Source: Callorhinchus milii (taxonomy: Eukaryota). From it: DNA of 64,000 nucleotides. The stretch lies in assembly GCF_018977255.1 (NCBI RefSeq), contig NW_024704742.1, positions 94,738,001 through 94,802,000 on the forward strand, in the 5' to 3' direction. The notes under the pieces were generated by a model, which saw only the letters and a program-made list of their open reading frames with translations, was not told the DNA's origin and made no database searches. Of this stretch, positions 62,235 through 64,000 are shown in pieces; position 1 is the first letter of the stretch, and each line of letters opens with the position of its first letter. Made by a program: the position numbers and the translations under genes.

Positions 62235-63868
62235 GGGAAATAGAAGAAGCCAAGGCGCTATATCTGAGTGCATGAAACATTGGTCATAAGATAGACAAAT
62301 TAATGGCGTAAATAGAAACAAACGGTTATGATCCAGTAGCCATTACTGAGACGTGGTTATAGGGAGATCAAGGGTGGGAACTAAATATGGAAAACGAGGT
62401 GGGGGCCAGCCTTGCTAATAAAGGATGGAATAAAAACAGTAGAGAGGAAGGATTTTAAATCAGAAAATCAGGATGTAGAGTCAGTATGGGTGGAATTACA
62501 AAATAATAAGGGGCAGAAAACAATAGTGGGAGTAGTTTATAGACCCCAAACAGCATTCACATTATTGCACAGAGTATTAACCAGGAAATTAGTGGAGCAT
62601 GCAGCAAAGGAAATACACTAATAGTGGGTGATTTTAATCTTCATATAGATTGGGAAAACCAAATTGGCAAAAGTAAGATAGAGGAGGAGTTTATAGAATG
62701 CATTAGAGATAGTTTTCTAGATCAGTATGCTGAGGAACCAACCAGAGAACAGCTATCCTAGATCTTGTTTTGTGTAATGAAATAGGGCTAATCAGCAATC
62801 TGGAAGTTAAAGCTCCTCTAGGGCACCACAACATGATGGAATTTAGCATTAAGTTAGAGAGGGATGTAGTTAAGTCTGAAGCATGGGACTTAAATTTAAA
62901 TAGAGCCAACTTTGCAGGTATGAGAGAGGATTTAGCTAAAATAGACTGGGGAATTAGATTAAAGGATATGACAGTAGATCAGCAATGGCAAACCTTTAAA
63001 GATATAGTACATAATTCCCAGCGATCACACATTACCTTGAGGAATAAAAATACCACGGGAAAAGTGTTTCAACCATGGTTAACCAGAGCAGTTAGGGAAA
63101 GTATAAAATTAAAAGAAGAGACCTATAATACTGCCAAAAAGAGCAGTAAACATGAGGATTGGGAGGGCTTCAGAGACCAACAAAGAAAAACTAGGAAACT
63201 GATTAGGAGGGAGAAAATTGATTATGAGGGCAAACTAGCTAGGAACATAAAGACAGACTGCAAGAGTTTTTACAAATACATAAAGAGGAAGAGTCTAGCA
63301 AAAGTGAATGTAGGTCCATTACAGGCAGAGACAGGAGGAATTATAATGGGGGATAAAGATATGGCAGATTCATTAAACAAATACTTTGCTTCTGTCTTCA
63401 CGTTAGAATACACTGAAAACTTACCAAAAATAGAGGGGAACCAAGAAGCTAATGTTAGTGAGCAACTTAGGGAAATTAACATCAGTAAACAATTAGTACT
63501 AGGGAAACTGTTGGAATTGAAAAATTATAAATCCCCTGGTTTTAAAGGAGGTGGCTGCTAAGATAGTGGATGCCTTGTTTTTGATCTTCCAAAATTCTCT
63601 GGATTCTGGAATGGTTCCCATTGATTGGAAGATCGCAAACGTAACACCACTATTTAAGAAGGGTGGGAGAGAGAAGATGGGGAACTATAGACCAGTCAGT
63701 CTGACATCGGTGGTAGGGAAAATTCTAGAATCCTTAATTTGGGACGTCGTAGTGGGGTACTTAGAGGACCATAACATGATTAGGCAGAGTCAACATGGCT
63801 TTACAAAAGGGAAGTCATGCTTAACAAATCTTTTAGAGTTTTTTGAGAATGTAACTAGCAGGTTAGAT
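62235..63868 (+). mobile_element. CR1 LINE ORF2 N-terminal half (APE endonuclease, linker, RT start), frameshifted
   Basis: AITETWL, VGVVYRP, GDFN, HHNMMEF, KSFYKYIKRK, WKIANVTPLFKKG, NYRPVSLTSVVGKILE, QHGFTKGKSCLTNLLEFFE. Confidence 0.95.
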
Positions 63869-64000
63869 ACAACAACAACAAAATTACATTTATAGAGTGC
63901 CCTTCACGTTAGGAAGACGTCCCAAAGCACTGAACAGTCAGGGTCGGGACCTGAGCATGGGGGAGGGGGGGGGGGGGGGGGGATGTAGGGGTGAAGGAAG
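63869..64000 (-). mobile_element. L2 3' tail inserted antisense into the CR1 RT
   Basis: (CAA)n followed by the reverse complement of the L2 tail and a poly-G tract; CR1 homology stops abruptly. Confidence 0.8.

Noticed and set aside
62770..63895. 263-aa and 114-aa ORFs as an active retrotransposon or host gene
   Set aside because: Frameshifted CR1 ORF2 truncated by an antisense L2 tail

Overview
Vertebrate genomic DNA, most likely from a cartilaginous fish. The SINE and LINE families resemble those I recall from elephant shark (Callorhinchus-type), but I have not confirmed this by search. I could not recognise any intact protein-coding gene, rRNA, true tRNA gene or CRISPR array. The window opens with a small CpG-rich, promoter-like segment (~700-915). 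Next to it is a ~7.1 kb complex (TG)n-derived satellite with higher-order duplications; the 2404-aa and 1442-aa His/Thr ORFs are by-products of this array. The remaining ~56 kb is intron-like or intergenic DNA dense in retroelements: decayed CR1 and L2 LINEs, at least 11 tRNA-headed SINEs in two subfamilies sharing the L2 3' tail, older Deu-domain SINEs, an LF-SINE-like relic, and a Penelope-like fragment with a hammerhead ribozyme motif. The best leads are: an unassigned ~550 bp multi-hairpin interspersed repeat (4 copies), two near-perfect ~80-nt hairpins, two well-formed minus-strand microexon candidates, a palindromic MITE-like family and an RFX X-box in a motif-dense TE-free block. None of these is demonstrably a new biological system from sequence alone. 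All alignments were made by eye and element boundaries are approximate.
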